DNA of 64,000 nucleotides from Methanoregula sp. PtaB.Bin085 (GTDB lineage Archaea; Halobacteriota; Methanomicrobia; Methanomicrobiales; Methanospirillaceae), in the NCBI RefSeq assembly GCF_002067035.1, contig NZ_MVQB01000060.1:103499-167498 (forward strand). The letters are read 5' to 3'. Shown here piece after piece: positions 54,355 to 63,354 of the stretch. The notes beneath the pieces were generated by a model that did no database searches, had not been told where the DNA came from, and saw only the letters and a program-made list of their open reading frames with translations. The first letter of the stretch is position 1; each line of letters opens with the position of its first letter. A program made the translations under genes and the position numbers.

Positions 54355-54729
54355 ATGCTGGAGAAGACCGCGGGAGCGTTCTTTGACATGCGCGAGGGCT
54401 CGAAGATCAGCAAGTCTCCCGCTTGCAAGATCCATACCTGGCCACAATTTGACCAGATATCGCGGGTCGGATCCTACAAAAATAAATTCGACCCCCCACA
54501 GGTATCGCACCCTGCCGATATGCTCCTGTACATCTCTCTTACGTCGGAAAAACACGCCTTAATGTATGAACAGCAACACCCCAAAGGAAAGTGTTCATGG
54601 GGGGGTCGAATTTATTTTTCACACCATTTCCGGAAAATTACCGGTCAGCTGCAGGGACAGGGCCTGCCGGAACGTCGGAACATACCGGCAGGTTCCGGGC
54701 TTTGGGTTTTGACAGCAGAAAAAAAATAA
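54355..54729 (+). other. 124-codon ORF downstream of mcrA with decaying codon bias, interrupted by 20-bp repeats (possible gene remnant)
   Basis: MLEKTAGAFFDMREGSKISKSPACKIHTW... uses genome-typical GC3-rich codons for the first approximately 40 codons, then the bias deteriorates. Repeat copies lie inside the ORF and at its stop. No family recognised. Confidence 0.3.
54478..54619. repeat. inverted pair of a 20-bp repeat (AAAAATAAATTCGACCCCCC)
   Basis: 54478-54497 on the plus strand, with its exact reverse complement at 54600-54619, bracketing 102 bp. Confidence 0.85.
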
Positions 54730-54741
54730 ATCCGACCCCCC
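54722..54741 (+). repeat. third copy of the 20-bp repeat (one mismatch)
   Basis: AAAAATAAATCCGACCCCCC, 19/20 identical to 54478-54497 in direct orientation. Confidence 0.8.
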
Positions 54742-54910
54742 ATTGCCGTCGTCAAACCGACCACCAGGTTTTTCTTGTCAGCACCCGTTGTTGCTAATCA
54801 TAGGAGCCGGACTATTCCCGCCACCATACCAGTACAGGAATGGAATGGACAAACATTAAGAGCGCTGGCTGCTCCGGGAAAACGGTTCCTGACAGAACAC
54901 GAGACATACC

Positions 54911-55483
54911 ATGGCACGTTTCATCGAGAAACCCGGTAAAAAGAGTGCATTCCGGTACCTGAAACATCCATTTTCGGACATCGGGAAATTCGAAGAAATA
55001 GTCCGGGAGATCGTTCTGAAGAATCCCTTTGACTGCACCTCATACATGAAAAAGGGCAGGAACCATCCCCCGGTGGAGAAGGTGCGTGAGAAGTATACTG
55101 CAAAATTCGTGTACGAAGATGCAGATGGAAAACAGGTCGGCAACGGGCTGGACATGTATACATCAGCTGAAGGGTACCAGTACGGTATCGCCGCCGTCAT
55201 CTCCAATATGGCAAATGTCGCCGCCCACGGGGGCAAAGTACGCCATGATCCCGCATCCGACCTTTTTTCCGTCACCCTGCAATGCAACGACCCGGCACCG
55301 GTCTGTTCTTCCTGGACCTATCCCGCGGGAAACTTACGATCTCCTCATACAGGAACGATGCAGTCCTGCACCGTATCCAGGACTGGGCAGATCGTATCCC
55401 TGCACTGGAAGGATCAAGAGCGCCTCCTCACGGTACACGGAAGAGAGGGAGGCCACCTGGCAGGAAATCGTGAAGAAAAAAAA
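54911..55483 (+). pseudogene. hypothetical gene apparently disrupted by two -1 frame changes
   Basis: Good codon bias follows frame 1 (54911 to about 55300; MARFIEKPGKK...SVTLQCNDPAP). It then follows frame +2 (about 55300-55410; GLFFLDLSRGKLTISSYRNDAVLHRIQDWADRIPALE), then frame +1 (about 55413-55480; IKSASSRYTEEREATWQEIVKKKNYF). The long frame-1 continuation is antisense to the next gene. Confidence 0.45.
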
Positions 55484-55969
55484 CTATTTCCTCGTCACTT
55501 CAACCGGGTCGATATTCGCATCGATCAGGCAGTCGAAAGAGATGGTTCCAAGCCATCCGGCCTTCTCGAACATATGCATGAAACAGACACCGATGACCGC
55601 CGCACCGGGATACTTCCCGATAAGAGCCTTCACCTGCTCTGCTTTGACAGGAGCATCCGGCATTGAGAGCCCCCCCATGATAACAACTGCTTTGGGTTTC
55701 AGGGATATGGGGGACACGCGGGCCTGCATGCCGACATCATCGATATAACCGATCTTTTTTGCCCGGGTCTCGTCAAGGTACGGAACAAAAATCTGCTCAG
55801 GCTCAAGCGTCCGGAGCGCAAATGCAAGCAGCTCGACAAACGGGGCGCATGTGCCCGGCATACCGTAATACACTACCTGATCTCCCTTCCTGATATTCTT
55901 TGATGCAATGAATTCCTTGAACGGACGCAGGATACCCGGTACACCGTGGAATACTTCTTTTGTGGCCAT
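55484..55969 (-). CDS. conserved hypothetical cytoplasmic protein (possibly methanogen-restricted DUF2124-type; unverified)
   Basis: 161 aa with good codon bias. MATKEVFHGVPGILRPFKEFIA...VVIMGGLSMPD.... No catalytic motif recognised. Confidence 0.65.
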   Translation of the reverse strand: MATKEVFHGVPGILRPFKEFIASKNIRKGDQVVYYGMPGTCAPFVELLAFALRTLEPEQIFVPYLDETRAKKIGYIDDVGMQARVSPISLKPKAVVIMGGLSMPDAPVKAEQVKALIGKYPGAAVIGVCFMHMFEKAGWLGTISFDCLIDANIDPVEVTRK

Positions 55970-56238
55970 GATAGATAAACAGTCTTGCCCGGATATATTA
56001 ATGGTTACCCGGTCTGCCGGAACGATCGGGCAGGAAGGTTTCTGTCCATCCGGACACGGGTGATTCCGTAAAAATAATAATAGTATTTAAACATACGTAT
56101 GGTTTGGAACGGCCTGATTGACCTCGAAATCGCTTTTTAGTCAATTAAATGATGAGAATTAAATAGGAGTATCACAGATTACCCATCTTACGGGACATAC
56201 ACTCATCTGTATGTGAACTCTGACGGGCTGAAGAAGTT

Positions 56239-56796
56239 ATGACTACAGCAAATCTGAATTACGAACTGCCAACACCGGAAGATATCACGTGGAAAATGTC
56301 GTTCGGAAAACTTGAGATCGTCGTGATTGCGGTGATCTTCCTCCAGTCGCTCCTGGTTGCGTGGTTCCTCTTTTTGATCGCAGGAGGGCTTGATCAGTCG
56401 ATGCCCCTCTTCCGGGTCATAATGGGTGCTGCCATCGTATTTGCCATCCTGATACCGGTCTTCATCCTGATCGAGGGATTCCGCTACAGCTCGATCCTGG
56501 CCGGGTTCTTCACCCCCCTGCTCCTCTATTCCCTGATGTACCCCCTGTTCAACTCGCTCCTGTACCATATCAACCTGTTCCTGAACCCGGCGACCATCGT
56601 TCCCGCCATTGTCGGGGGATTGGGATTCGGGCTGATCGGACTTGGCGCCTATCACATGCGGAGCGGGATTGCGAGGTCGTTTGCCCTGGTGACCACCGGC
56701 CTTACCATCATTTTCCTGAGCTCTCCCATGGTCCTTGCGGTATTCCTGTTTGTGGTTACGGGCGAGCTCATCTCAATCCCCGGCTTTATCTCCTGA
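56239..56796 (+). CDS. hypothetical integral membrane protein
   Basis: 185 aa with 5-6 predicted TM helices. No family recognised. Confidence 0.55.
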   Translation: MTTANLNYELPTPEDITWKMSFGKLEIVVIAVIFLQSLLVAWFLFLIAGGLDQSMPLFRVIMGAAIVFAILIPVFILIEGFRYSSILAGFFTPLLLYSLMYPLFNSLLYHINLFLNPATIVPAIVGGLGFGLIGLGAYHMRSGIARSFALVTTGLTIIFLSSPMVLAVFLFVVTGELISIPGFIS

Positions 56797-56858
56797 ATCC
56801 GACCCTCCTTTTTTCCGGAAGCCTGGCCACGTTCACCGGGTGTACCTTCCGGTTGCCT

Positions 56859-58151
56859 TCACCAGCCTTTGGCTTGTACATGTTCGAGATCCCGGATCAG
56901 ATCGTCAACCGAGGAGTACCGGTCCTCCGGTCGTTTTTCCAGGCACCGGAGAATGATCGATCGCAGATCGTCGTCATGCCGGCCGCCCCACCGGGGGACG
57001 ACCGGTTCATCCTCGGTAATCGCTATCGTGAGATCCAGCATCCCTTCCCGCCAAAACGCCGTTGTGCCGGTCAGGAGCTCGCACATGAGCATGCCGAGCT
57101 GGTAGATGTCGGTGGCAGGCCCGGGACGGCCGAAGCGGTGGGGGGCCAGCTGCTCGGGCGCTGCATACGAAGGCGAGAACCCGATCATGCTGGACTGGCG
57201 GGGATCGTCAAGGGCTTTTGCAAGGCCCCAGTCCGTGATCTTGGGAGTGCCGTCTTCCGAGAGGAGAATGTTCTCCGGCTTGATGTCGCGGTGGACGATC
57301 CCCCGGTCATGGGCATATGCGATCCCCCGGGCAATCCCGAGCACGAGCCCGACAGCCCGTTCTTCGGGCACCGGCATGGCGAGGGACGAGAGGGACGAGG
57401 GGGCGTATTCCATCTCGATGTACGGCACGGGCAGGATATTCGCAGACCAGATGCGGATGATGTTTTTGTGCTCAAGCCCCTGCCAGTTGACGATGTCCCG
57501 GGTGAAGTGGGTGCCGGTCGCCTCATCGTACCGGACCGGTACCTTGACGGCGACCGTCATGCCGGTCTTCGTGTTCGTTGCCCGGAAGACCCGGGCAAGT
57601 CCCCCTTCGCCAACGAACTCGGCATGCGCAAAGCGTTTTGCGAGCGATGGCGGGAACAGGACTGCCGGCCCGGTCGGCAGCAGGGACCCCTCCGGAACCG
57701 GGGGCGACGTGTCCCCGACCAGGGTCGGGTTGCCCGGCAAGGTCGCCGGCTGCTGGTTTTTCCCGGCCGGAATCCCTTTCCACCGGCGGAAAAGGAAATA
57801 CAGGATTGCAAGGAGCCCAATCCCCGCAACTGCGAGAATGAGAAGGAACAGGGCAGACGGGAGGGTCACTTTCGGACGGTCGATCGCCCGGAGCTGCTGG
57901 GCGAGCGATGTACGGTTTCCACGGGCGGGCTCAGCTGTCGGGGGCTGGGTGACTGCGGGTGAGGGAACCAGTGTCGGAGTGCGTATTGAGGCCGGATCAG
58001 GCTGTTTCCGGGGATCAGCCGACGGCCCGGCGAAGACAGCGGGAATGAGAAGCAGGACGGAGAACAGCAGCAGGAGGAAGACCGCGGTTATCCGGCAGGA
58101 CCCGGGGTATACCCTGCCGGAAGATGTCCGTACGTGCGTTCTGCTTCCCAT
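56859..58151 (-). CDS. membrane-bound Hanks-type Ser/Thr protein kinase
   Basis: Two TM helices bracket a Pro/Thr-rich loop. The kinase core has GEGGLARVF, TVAVKVP, HRDIKPENILL, DWG (in place of DFG) and AAPEQ. ATG 58151 is 6 nt after the upstream stop, and the alternative GTG 58160 forms a GTGA overlap. Confidence 0.88.
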   Translation of the reverse strand: MGSRTHVRTSSGRVYPGSCRITAVFLLLLFSVLLLIPAVFAGPSADPRKQPDPASIRTPTLVPSPAVTQPPTAEPARGNRTSLAQQLRAIDRPKVTLPSALFLLILAVAGIGLLAILYFLFRRWKGIPAGKNQQPATLPGNPTLVGDTSPPVPEGSLLPTGPAVLFPPSLAKRFAHAEFVGEGGLARVFRATNTKTGMTVAVKVPVRYDEATGTHFTRDIVNWQGLEHKNIIRIWSANILPVPYIEMEYAPSSLSSLAMPVPEERAVGLVLGIARGIAYAHDRGIVHRDIKPENILLSEDGTPKITDWGLAKALDDPRQSSMIGFSPSYAAPEQLAPHRFGRPGPATDIYQLGMLMCELLTGTTAFWREGMLDLTIAITEDEPVVPRWGGRHDDDLRSIILRCLEKRPEDRYSSVDDLIRDLEHVQAKGW

Positions 58152-58156
58152 ACCTG

Positions 58157-58933
58157 TCACTCGTCCGCGATGAAGAGGAGCCGGGCGCTGTTCGCCCCGA
58201 GCGAGAGATCGATGACATCCCCGCTGTGCACGGGGATGCCCTTCATGGGGTCGAGCCGCCGGGAGTTCAGGAAGGTGCCCCCGGTGCTTGCATTGTCCTC
58301 GATCTGCCAGCCACCGGCCGTCTCAACCAGGAAAGCGTGTGGCCGGGTCACCCGCGTCACGGCACGATAACTGTCCGGCAGGACGACCATCCCGCGGGAG
58401 CCGGCTGGCGGGTGGTCCGGGTCCTCCCTGCCGAGCGCAACCCGATCAGCGTCCAGGATAAAGGTCCGGCCATCTGCAGGGCCACCTATCAGGAAGAGGA
58501 CGGGGCCCGCCTGTCCCTCCGTTGCCGGTAGTTCCGCCCGGACGGCACGGATGCGGTCGCGGATATCGTTGTACCCCATCGGCGATGCGATGCTTGAGAA
58601 GACGCCGAGGGTGGCAGCAAGGTTCTCGAGCGCACCCGGTGCAAGCGTGTACTTCCAGACCGGGGCAACGCCCCGCTCCGTCTCCCGCCCGAACCCGGCT
58701 CCCCGCGTGACGAGCCCGGTGCTGACCAGCCGGTCAAGGTGCTTCTTCGCGTTCTGGTAGGTCATGCCGGTGAACTCTGCGATTGCCGCGGTCTCCCGGG
58801 GCTCCCGCTCGATGAACTTGAGGATCCGGAGCCGCTGGGGGTTGGACAACACCTCGAGATACTCGGACAACTCCTCGAGGAAGACGGGATCCGTTGCAAT
58901 AGCGATGGTCTTCTGTTCTTCCATGCTGATCAC
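58157..58933 (-). CDS. ArsR-like winged-helix DNA-binding protein fused to a C-terminal FHA domain
   Basis: N-terminal HTH (LSNPQRLRILKFIEREPRETAAIAEFTGMTYQNAKKHLDRLVSTGLV). C-terminal FHA pattern (GRTFILDADRVALGRED...RPHAFLVETAGGWQIEDNASTGGTFLNSRRL...GDVIDLS). Confidence 0.85.
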   Translation of the reverse strand: MISMEEQKTIAIATDPVFLEELSEYLEVLSNPQRLRILKFIEREPRETAAIAEFTGMTYQNAKKHLDRLVSTGLVTRGAGFGRETERGVAPVWKYTLAPGALENLAATLGVFSSIASPMGYNDIRDRIRAVRAELPATEGQAGPVLFLIGGPADGRTFILDADRVALGREDPDHPPAGSRGMVVLPDSYRAVTRVTRPHAFLVETAGGWQIEDNASTGGTFLNSRRLDPMKGIPVHSGDVIDLSLGANSARLLFIADE

Positions 58934-59165
58934 TCGGGCCTGCCCTGCAGCGCACAGGGTATCTCAGGGAAGTTTTGTCCTGCCGGGTATAAAAACGACC
59001 GGGGATTCCGGGGGCTGCCCTTCCGGGAAGCATAACCTGCAGGTTCAACGCTGAGCCGGGGGCGTTTACACGCGGGAATGCCCGCATTTTACGAATACAT
59101 AACCCACCGGAGAAAACGATGGATCAGGATGCGGAACAACGCATCAGGAACCAGGTGACCACACC

Positions 59166-59639
59166 ATGCAAAAGAACCTCGTTGCAGGCGCCCTCGTGGC
59201 GCTCTGCGTTATCGGTATGCTGGCGCTGCCGGCATCCGCGGCACCGCTCACGACCACGGGATCACCCGCAAAGATCAGCACCGTGGACCCGGGGCTCAAA
59301 GACGATCTCCGGGCCAGCCATATGCAGTTCCGTCTCGCCCGCTACGACATGAATGTACAGCAGGCGAACGCGGTCATGACGATCCTGCAGAAGTACACCA
59401 TCGACACGACGGCATGCCAGGCAACGCTGACAACCATCGAAGGGAAGCGTGCAGACCTCCAGTCGGCGCTCGGGTCAGAGGACCGGGAGAAGCTTAAGAC
59501 TGTCAACGAGGAACTCAAGACCCTCTGGAAACAGTTCCGCAAGAACCTCCGGGATGCGGTGAAGTCGCACTACGGCAGGGGAAGTGCGGACACTACGGCA
59601 TCGGATGCTCTCGACAGCCCCGGCCTGGGATCGGACTGA
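59166..59639 (+). CDS. secreted helical protein (hypothetical)
   Basis: Signal peptide MQKNLVAGALVALCVIGMLALPASA followed by an approximately 130-aa helical, charged sequence. Confidence 0.55.
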   Translation: MQKNLVAGALVALCVIGMLALPASAAPLTTTGSPAKISTVDPGLKDDLRASHMQFRLARYDMNVQQANAVMTILQKYTIDTTACQATLTTIEGKRADLQSALGSEDREKLKTVNEELKTLWKQFRKNLRDAVKSHYGRGSADTTASDALDSPGLGSD

Positions 59640-59805
59640 GCCTGGAAACACCATACACCCTTTTCTTTGGAAAATTTCCTTACGGGATAATTTCCCTGCT
59701 ACGGACGGAGCCCTGGAATCGACTGGTTCCGCTGGATTTACTGAGTTCGTCAGGCTGAGTGTTTTTGGTAAGCCTCATACCCTCGCACGCGCAACATCAC
59801 ATGCA

Positions 59806-60963
59806 ATGAAAAATCCCTTCCACATCATGATCATCCCGACGCTGGGATGTCCCGGGCGCTGCAGGTACTGCTGGAGCTCGGAGGAAGGGTCGCCGATCAT
59901 GACGATCGACACGGTGAACGACATTGTTGCATGGCTCAGGGATTTCCGGTCCGACCGCGTCACGTTCACGTTCCACGGGGGCGAACCGCTGCTTGCCGGG
60001 GCTGACTTCTACCGGCAGGCGCTGCCGCTGCTTGCCGGGGAACTGAAGGAGCTCACCCCCGATTTTGCCATGCAGACAAATCTCTGGAGGATGACGCCGG
60101 AGATCGCCGCAGTGCTGGCCCAATATCATGTTCCCCTGGGTTCCTCGATCGATGGGCCGGAGGAGATCACCGATTCCCAGCGGGGCGAAGGGTACTATGA
60201 GAAGTGCATGAAGGGATACGAGATCGCGACCGCTGCCGGCCTGCAGGTCCGGTTCATCTGCACCTTCACCAACAAATCCGTGAAACACCGCGACGAGATC
60301 TTTAATTTTTTCAAGGAGAAGGGTTTTGTCCTGAAACTCCATCCGGCCCTGCCCTCGCTCCGTTCGGAGAACCCGAAGGAGTGGGCGCTGGAACCTTCTG
60401 AATATGGCGATCTGCTGGTGTACCTTCTCGACAAGGCGCTCGACAACCTCGGGAAGGTGGAAGTCATGAACATCAACGACCTGTGCCGGTGTGTCTTCAC
60501 CCGCCGGGGGAGCGTCTGCACCTTCGTCAACTGCATGGGCAGCACCTTCGCGATCGGGCCCGACGGCAGCATCTACCCCTGCTACCGTTTCGTCGGCATG
60601 CCGGAATGGGTGATGGCAAACGTCAGGGACAAGCCGACGATGGAGCAGCTGATGCAGTCTGATCCGGGGAGGCGCATGACCGCATTCTCGGAGTATGTGG
60701 ATCTTCACTGCAAAGACTGCTCCCACATCCGGTACTGCCGGGGCGGATGCCCGTACAACGCTATCGCCCCCTCCGGCGGATCTCTCGAGGGCACAGACCC
60801 CCACTGCACCGCCTATAAGCGCATTTTCGATGAGCTCAATGACCGGCTGAACAGCGAAATGTACGATGAGCCGTCATCCGGAACGGGCTCCGGCAGGCCT
60901 GCGGCCGGCAGAAAGAAAAGGCCCGGCGTGATGGCGCTGATGCGGTCGATTGTGACACGGTAA
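59806..60963 (+). CDS. radical SAM / SPASM-domain protein (anaerobic sulfatase-maturase-like)
   Basis: Start MKNPFHIMIIPTLGCPGRCRYC (CxxxCxxC). C-terminal SPASM-type cysteines (CRCVFTRRGSVCTF..., CKDCSHIRYCRGGCPYN). The ORF-track 5' extension overlaps the previous gene and was rejected. Confidence 0.85.
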   Translation: MKNPFHIMIIPTLGCPGRCRYCWSSEEGSPIMTIDTVNDIVAWLRDFRSDRVTFTFHGGEPLLAGADFYRQALPLLAGELKELTPDFAMQTNLWRMTPEIAAVLAQYHVPLGSSIDGPEEITDSQRGEGYYEKCMKGYEIATAAGLQVRFICTFTNKSVKHRDEIFNFFKEKGFVLKLHPALPSLRSENPKEWALEPSEYGDLLVYLLDKALDNLGKVEVMNINDLCRCVFTRRGSVCTFVNCMGSTFAIGPDGSIYPCYRFVGMPEWVMANVRDKPTMEQLMQSDPGRRMTAFSEYVDLHCKDCSHIRYCRGGCPYNAIAPSGGSLEGTDPHCTAYKRIFDELNDRLNSEMYDEPSSGTGSGRPAAGRKKRPGVMALMRSIVTR

Positions 60964-61064
60964 GTACCAGTGCAGGGAGCGGCGGTACCTTTCAGCGTAC
61001 GCATCACCATAATCCTCATTACCCGCGAGCGGGATTTCTCTGTATCAACGGATGTGTCCCTGAC

Positions 61065-62153
61065 ATGACTGCAAAAAAAACCGCATCCTACCGCCCGGTC
61101 AGCCTGAACCGGGAGTTCCTTGCCGGGAACATACTGGAAACCCTCGCCCGCAGGGAAAGAAAAGCATGGGAACTCCTCAGCATGGAGCGGCGCGTTGAAG
61201 TCCGGGAGGTATCCCTGTCCGCCATCACGGCGCTTGAGGAGTCGCTTGCCATCCGGTCCCCCGTATTCCTTGAAGAGGCCGCCCGCTGGACACAGGTACG
61301 CTTCGCGGCGCTGCATTACCCCCAGGGTTTTGCTGCTGCCTTCATATCGTGTCTTGCGGAGGTTATTTCGCGGGACCTTCCCGGGGACTACCGGAAGGAG
61401 GCCGCTGCCTATGCGAAAAGCGCGGCGGCAGCCCTCAGGTCCGCTGCCCGGAACGCTGGCCTGGGAAAAAAACAGGAATCCCTCTCACCGGCTGCCCGGG
61501 CATTCATCAGGGCAGGCCTCTCGGGAGACCTTCCCGGATGCAGGGCGGTCATAAAAAAAGCGCTCGCGGCAAAAAAACCGGTGGCAGAGATCTACACGCG
61601 CATCTTTATACCGGTGCTGTACGAGACCGGCCGGCTCTGGCAGGCGGGGGATGCCACGATCGCACAGGAACATTTCATTTCAGCCATTGTCCGCCAGAGC
61701 ATGGACCGGCTCCATGAACACGTTGCTGACGCGTCCCGGCGGACCAGGCAAAACAAGAGCGTTGTTGCTGCATGCGTCGGGGAGGAACTTCACGACATCG
61801 GGATCCGCATGGTCGGGGACTTTTTCGAGATGGACGGCTGGGATGTCTATTTCCTTGGCGCCAATACACCGCCAAAAAGCATCCTCGCTGCTGTAAGGGA
61901 GCAGGAGCCGGACGTACTCGCACTCTCGGTCACCATGCCGTCCCGGCTCCGCGATGCAGAGTACCTGATCCGGTCGCTCAGGGCGTCCCCGGACACTGCG
62001 AAGGTAAAGATCATTGTCGGGGGCAGCCCGTTCAGGATCCTGCCGGATCTCGGGAAGCGTATTGGAGCCGACGCGGTCACAGGATCTGCTGAGGACGCCG
62101 TCCCTGTTGCACGGAAATTGCTACGGATGAAGGCCGTAGGAAAAAAAGAATAA
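61065..62153 (+). CDS. cobalamin (B12)-binding domain protein with helical N-terminal extension
   Basis: The C-terminal Rossmann-like B12 domain has an ELHDIG (DxHxxG-type) motif and IIVGG. A preceding helical cap resembles B12-binding_2 (IYTRIFIPVLYETGRLWQAGDATIAQEHF). An extra approximately 150-aa N-terminal region is present. Confidence 0.75.
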   Translation: MTAKKTASYRPVSLNREFLAGNILETLARRERKAWELLSMERRVEVREVSLSAITALEESLAIRSPVFLEEAARWTQVRFAALHYPQGFAAAFISCLAEVISRDLPGDYRKEAAAYAKSAAAALRSAARNAGLGKKQESLSPAARAFIRAGLSGDLPGCRAVIKKALAAKKPVAEIYTRIFIPVLYETGRLWQAGDATIAQEHFISAIVRQSMDRLHEHVADASRRTRQNKSVVAACVGEELHDIGIRMVGDFFEMDGWDVYFLGANTPPKSILAAVREQEPDVLALSVTMPSRLRDAEYLIRSLRASPDTAKVKIIVGGSPFRILPDLGKRIGADAVTGSAEDAVPVARKLLRMKAVGKKE

Positions 62154-62217
62154 TCTCCAACTTTTTCATGTAATGCATACACACCAGGGCAACCTGGAAA
62201 ACCTTAACAATCCTTTA

Positions 62218-62493
62218 TCACCAGCTGACCCGGAACCCGTGGAACTCTCCGGTTGCCTGACCTTTTTCCACGGTTATTTCGTCCACGCGGATGACGGGAT
62301 CGTTGCGGGCATGGGCAAGGCGGATGAAGTCGTCGAGGGCCGCAGGGGAGCTTTCGGCTACGATCCGGACCGTACCGTCGGGTTCGTTCTTCACCCAGCC
62401 ATGGATTCCGGTTGCATGCGCGCACTCCGATACATAATACCGGTACCCGACGCCCTGTACCCGGCCCCGCGCAACAGCGGTGACACGTTCCAT
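62218..62493 (-). CDS. acyP: acylphosphatase
   Basis: 91 aa with the signature ARGRVQGVGYRYY and GWVKNEPDGTV. Confidence 0.9.
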   Translation of the reverse strand: MERVTAVARGRVQGVGYRYYVSECAHATGIHGWVKNEPDGTVRIVAESSPAALDDFIRLAHARNDPVIRVDEITVEKGQATGEFHGFRVSW

Positions 62494-62620
62494 GGAATAT
62501 CATCTGACAGCAGGGCGATAAAGGTTCGGAAATGATACCGGAGGATGCCGGATACCTGTACCTGCCTGACCGGAACGAAACGTGAAAATCCCACGGGCGA
62601 CAACACTCCTGGAGATTACT

Positions 62621-63223
62621 ATGGCCACCTTCCAGTATGGAAGCCGCGAGATCGAGTATCTCCGCAGACGAGACGGGCGTCTCGGGCGGGCCATCGACGA
62701 GATCGGGATGATCGAGCGCAAGGTAACACCGGATCTCTTTACCGCACTCGTTGCCAGCGTGGCAGGCCAGCAGGTTTCTGCAAAAGCCGCTGAAACGGTC
62801 TGGCGCCGGCTGGAAAACCTGCTCGGATCCGTTACGCCACAGACCACCTCTGCCGTTTCCCGGGAGGAGATACAACAATGCGGGATGTCGATGAGAAAGG
62901 CCGGGTATATTAAAAGTATTGGAGATGCTGTATTGAACGGCGAGATAGACCTGGACGGGCTTTGGGATCTTTCCGATGACGAAGTAATCGCACGTCTAAC
63001 GGCGCTGGACGGGGTGGGTGTCTGGACGGCAGAGATGCTGCTCATCTTCTCGATGCAAAGGCAGGATGTCGTGAGCTGGGGTGACTTTGCTATCCGGCGG
63101 GGTATGATGCAGCTGTACGGGATCGATACCCTCGACCGGGCACGGTTCGAACGCTACCGGAGACGCTACTCACCATATGGTTCCGTGGCATCCCTGTACC
63201 TCTGGGAGATCTCGCACCGGTAA
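62621..63223 (+). CDS. DNA-3-methyladenine glycosylase II-like (HhH-GPD superfamily)
   Basis: HhH-GPD motif LTALDGVGVWTAEMLLIF plus the catalytic Asp context WGDFAIRRG. Start at MATFQYGS. Confidence 0.85.
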   Translation: MATFQYGSREIEYLRRRDGRLGRAIDEIGMIERKVTPDLFTALVASVAGQQVSAKAAETVWRRLENLLGSVTPQTTSAVSREEIQQCGMSMRKAGYIKSIGDAVLNGEIDLDGLWDLSDDEVIARLTALDGVGVWTAEMLLIFSMQRQDVVSWGDFAIRRGMMQLYGIDTLDRARFERYRRRYSPYGSVASLYLWEISHR

Positions 63224-63354
63224 CGAGGGTGGGGATCATGTGCGGGATACAGAGATCCCCTGACGTTGAGGGTGCCGGTAAAACGCGTCAGAAACGGATA
63301 TCCTGTTCGTATTCGATCCGATACATGACACGGGTATCGGATTATTTCCCGAAG

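Noticed and set aside
56149-56223. Possible box C/D sRNA (AUGAUGA at 56149-56155, CUGA at 56220-56223).
   Set aside because: No convincing internal C'/D' boxes or terminal stem are present. The D-like box lies 16 nt before the ATG of the next gene, so a promoter or leader is more likely.
59797-60804. 335-aa minus-strand ORF.
   Set aside because: It is antisense to the radical SAM/SPASM gene and has no motifs.
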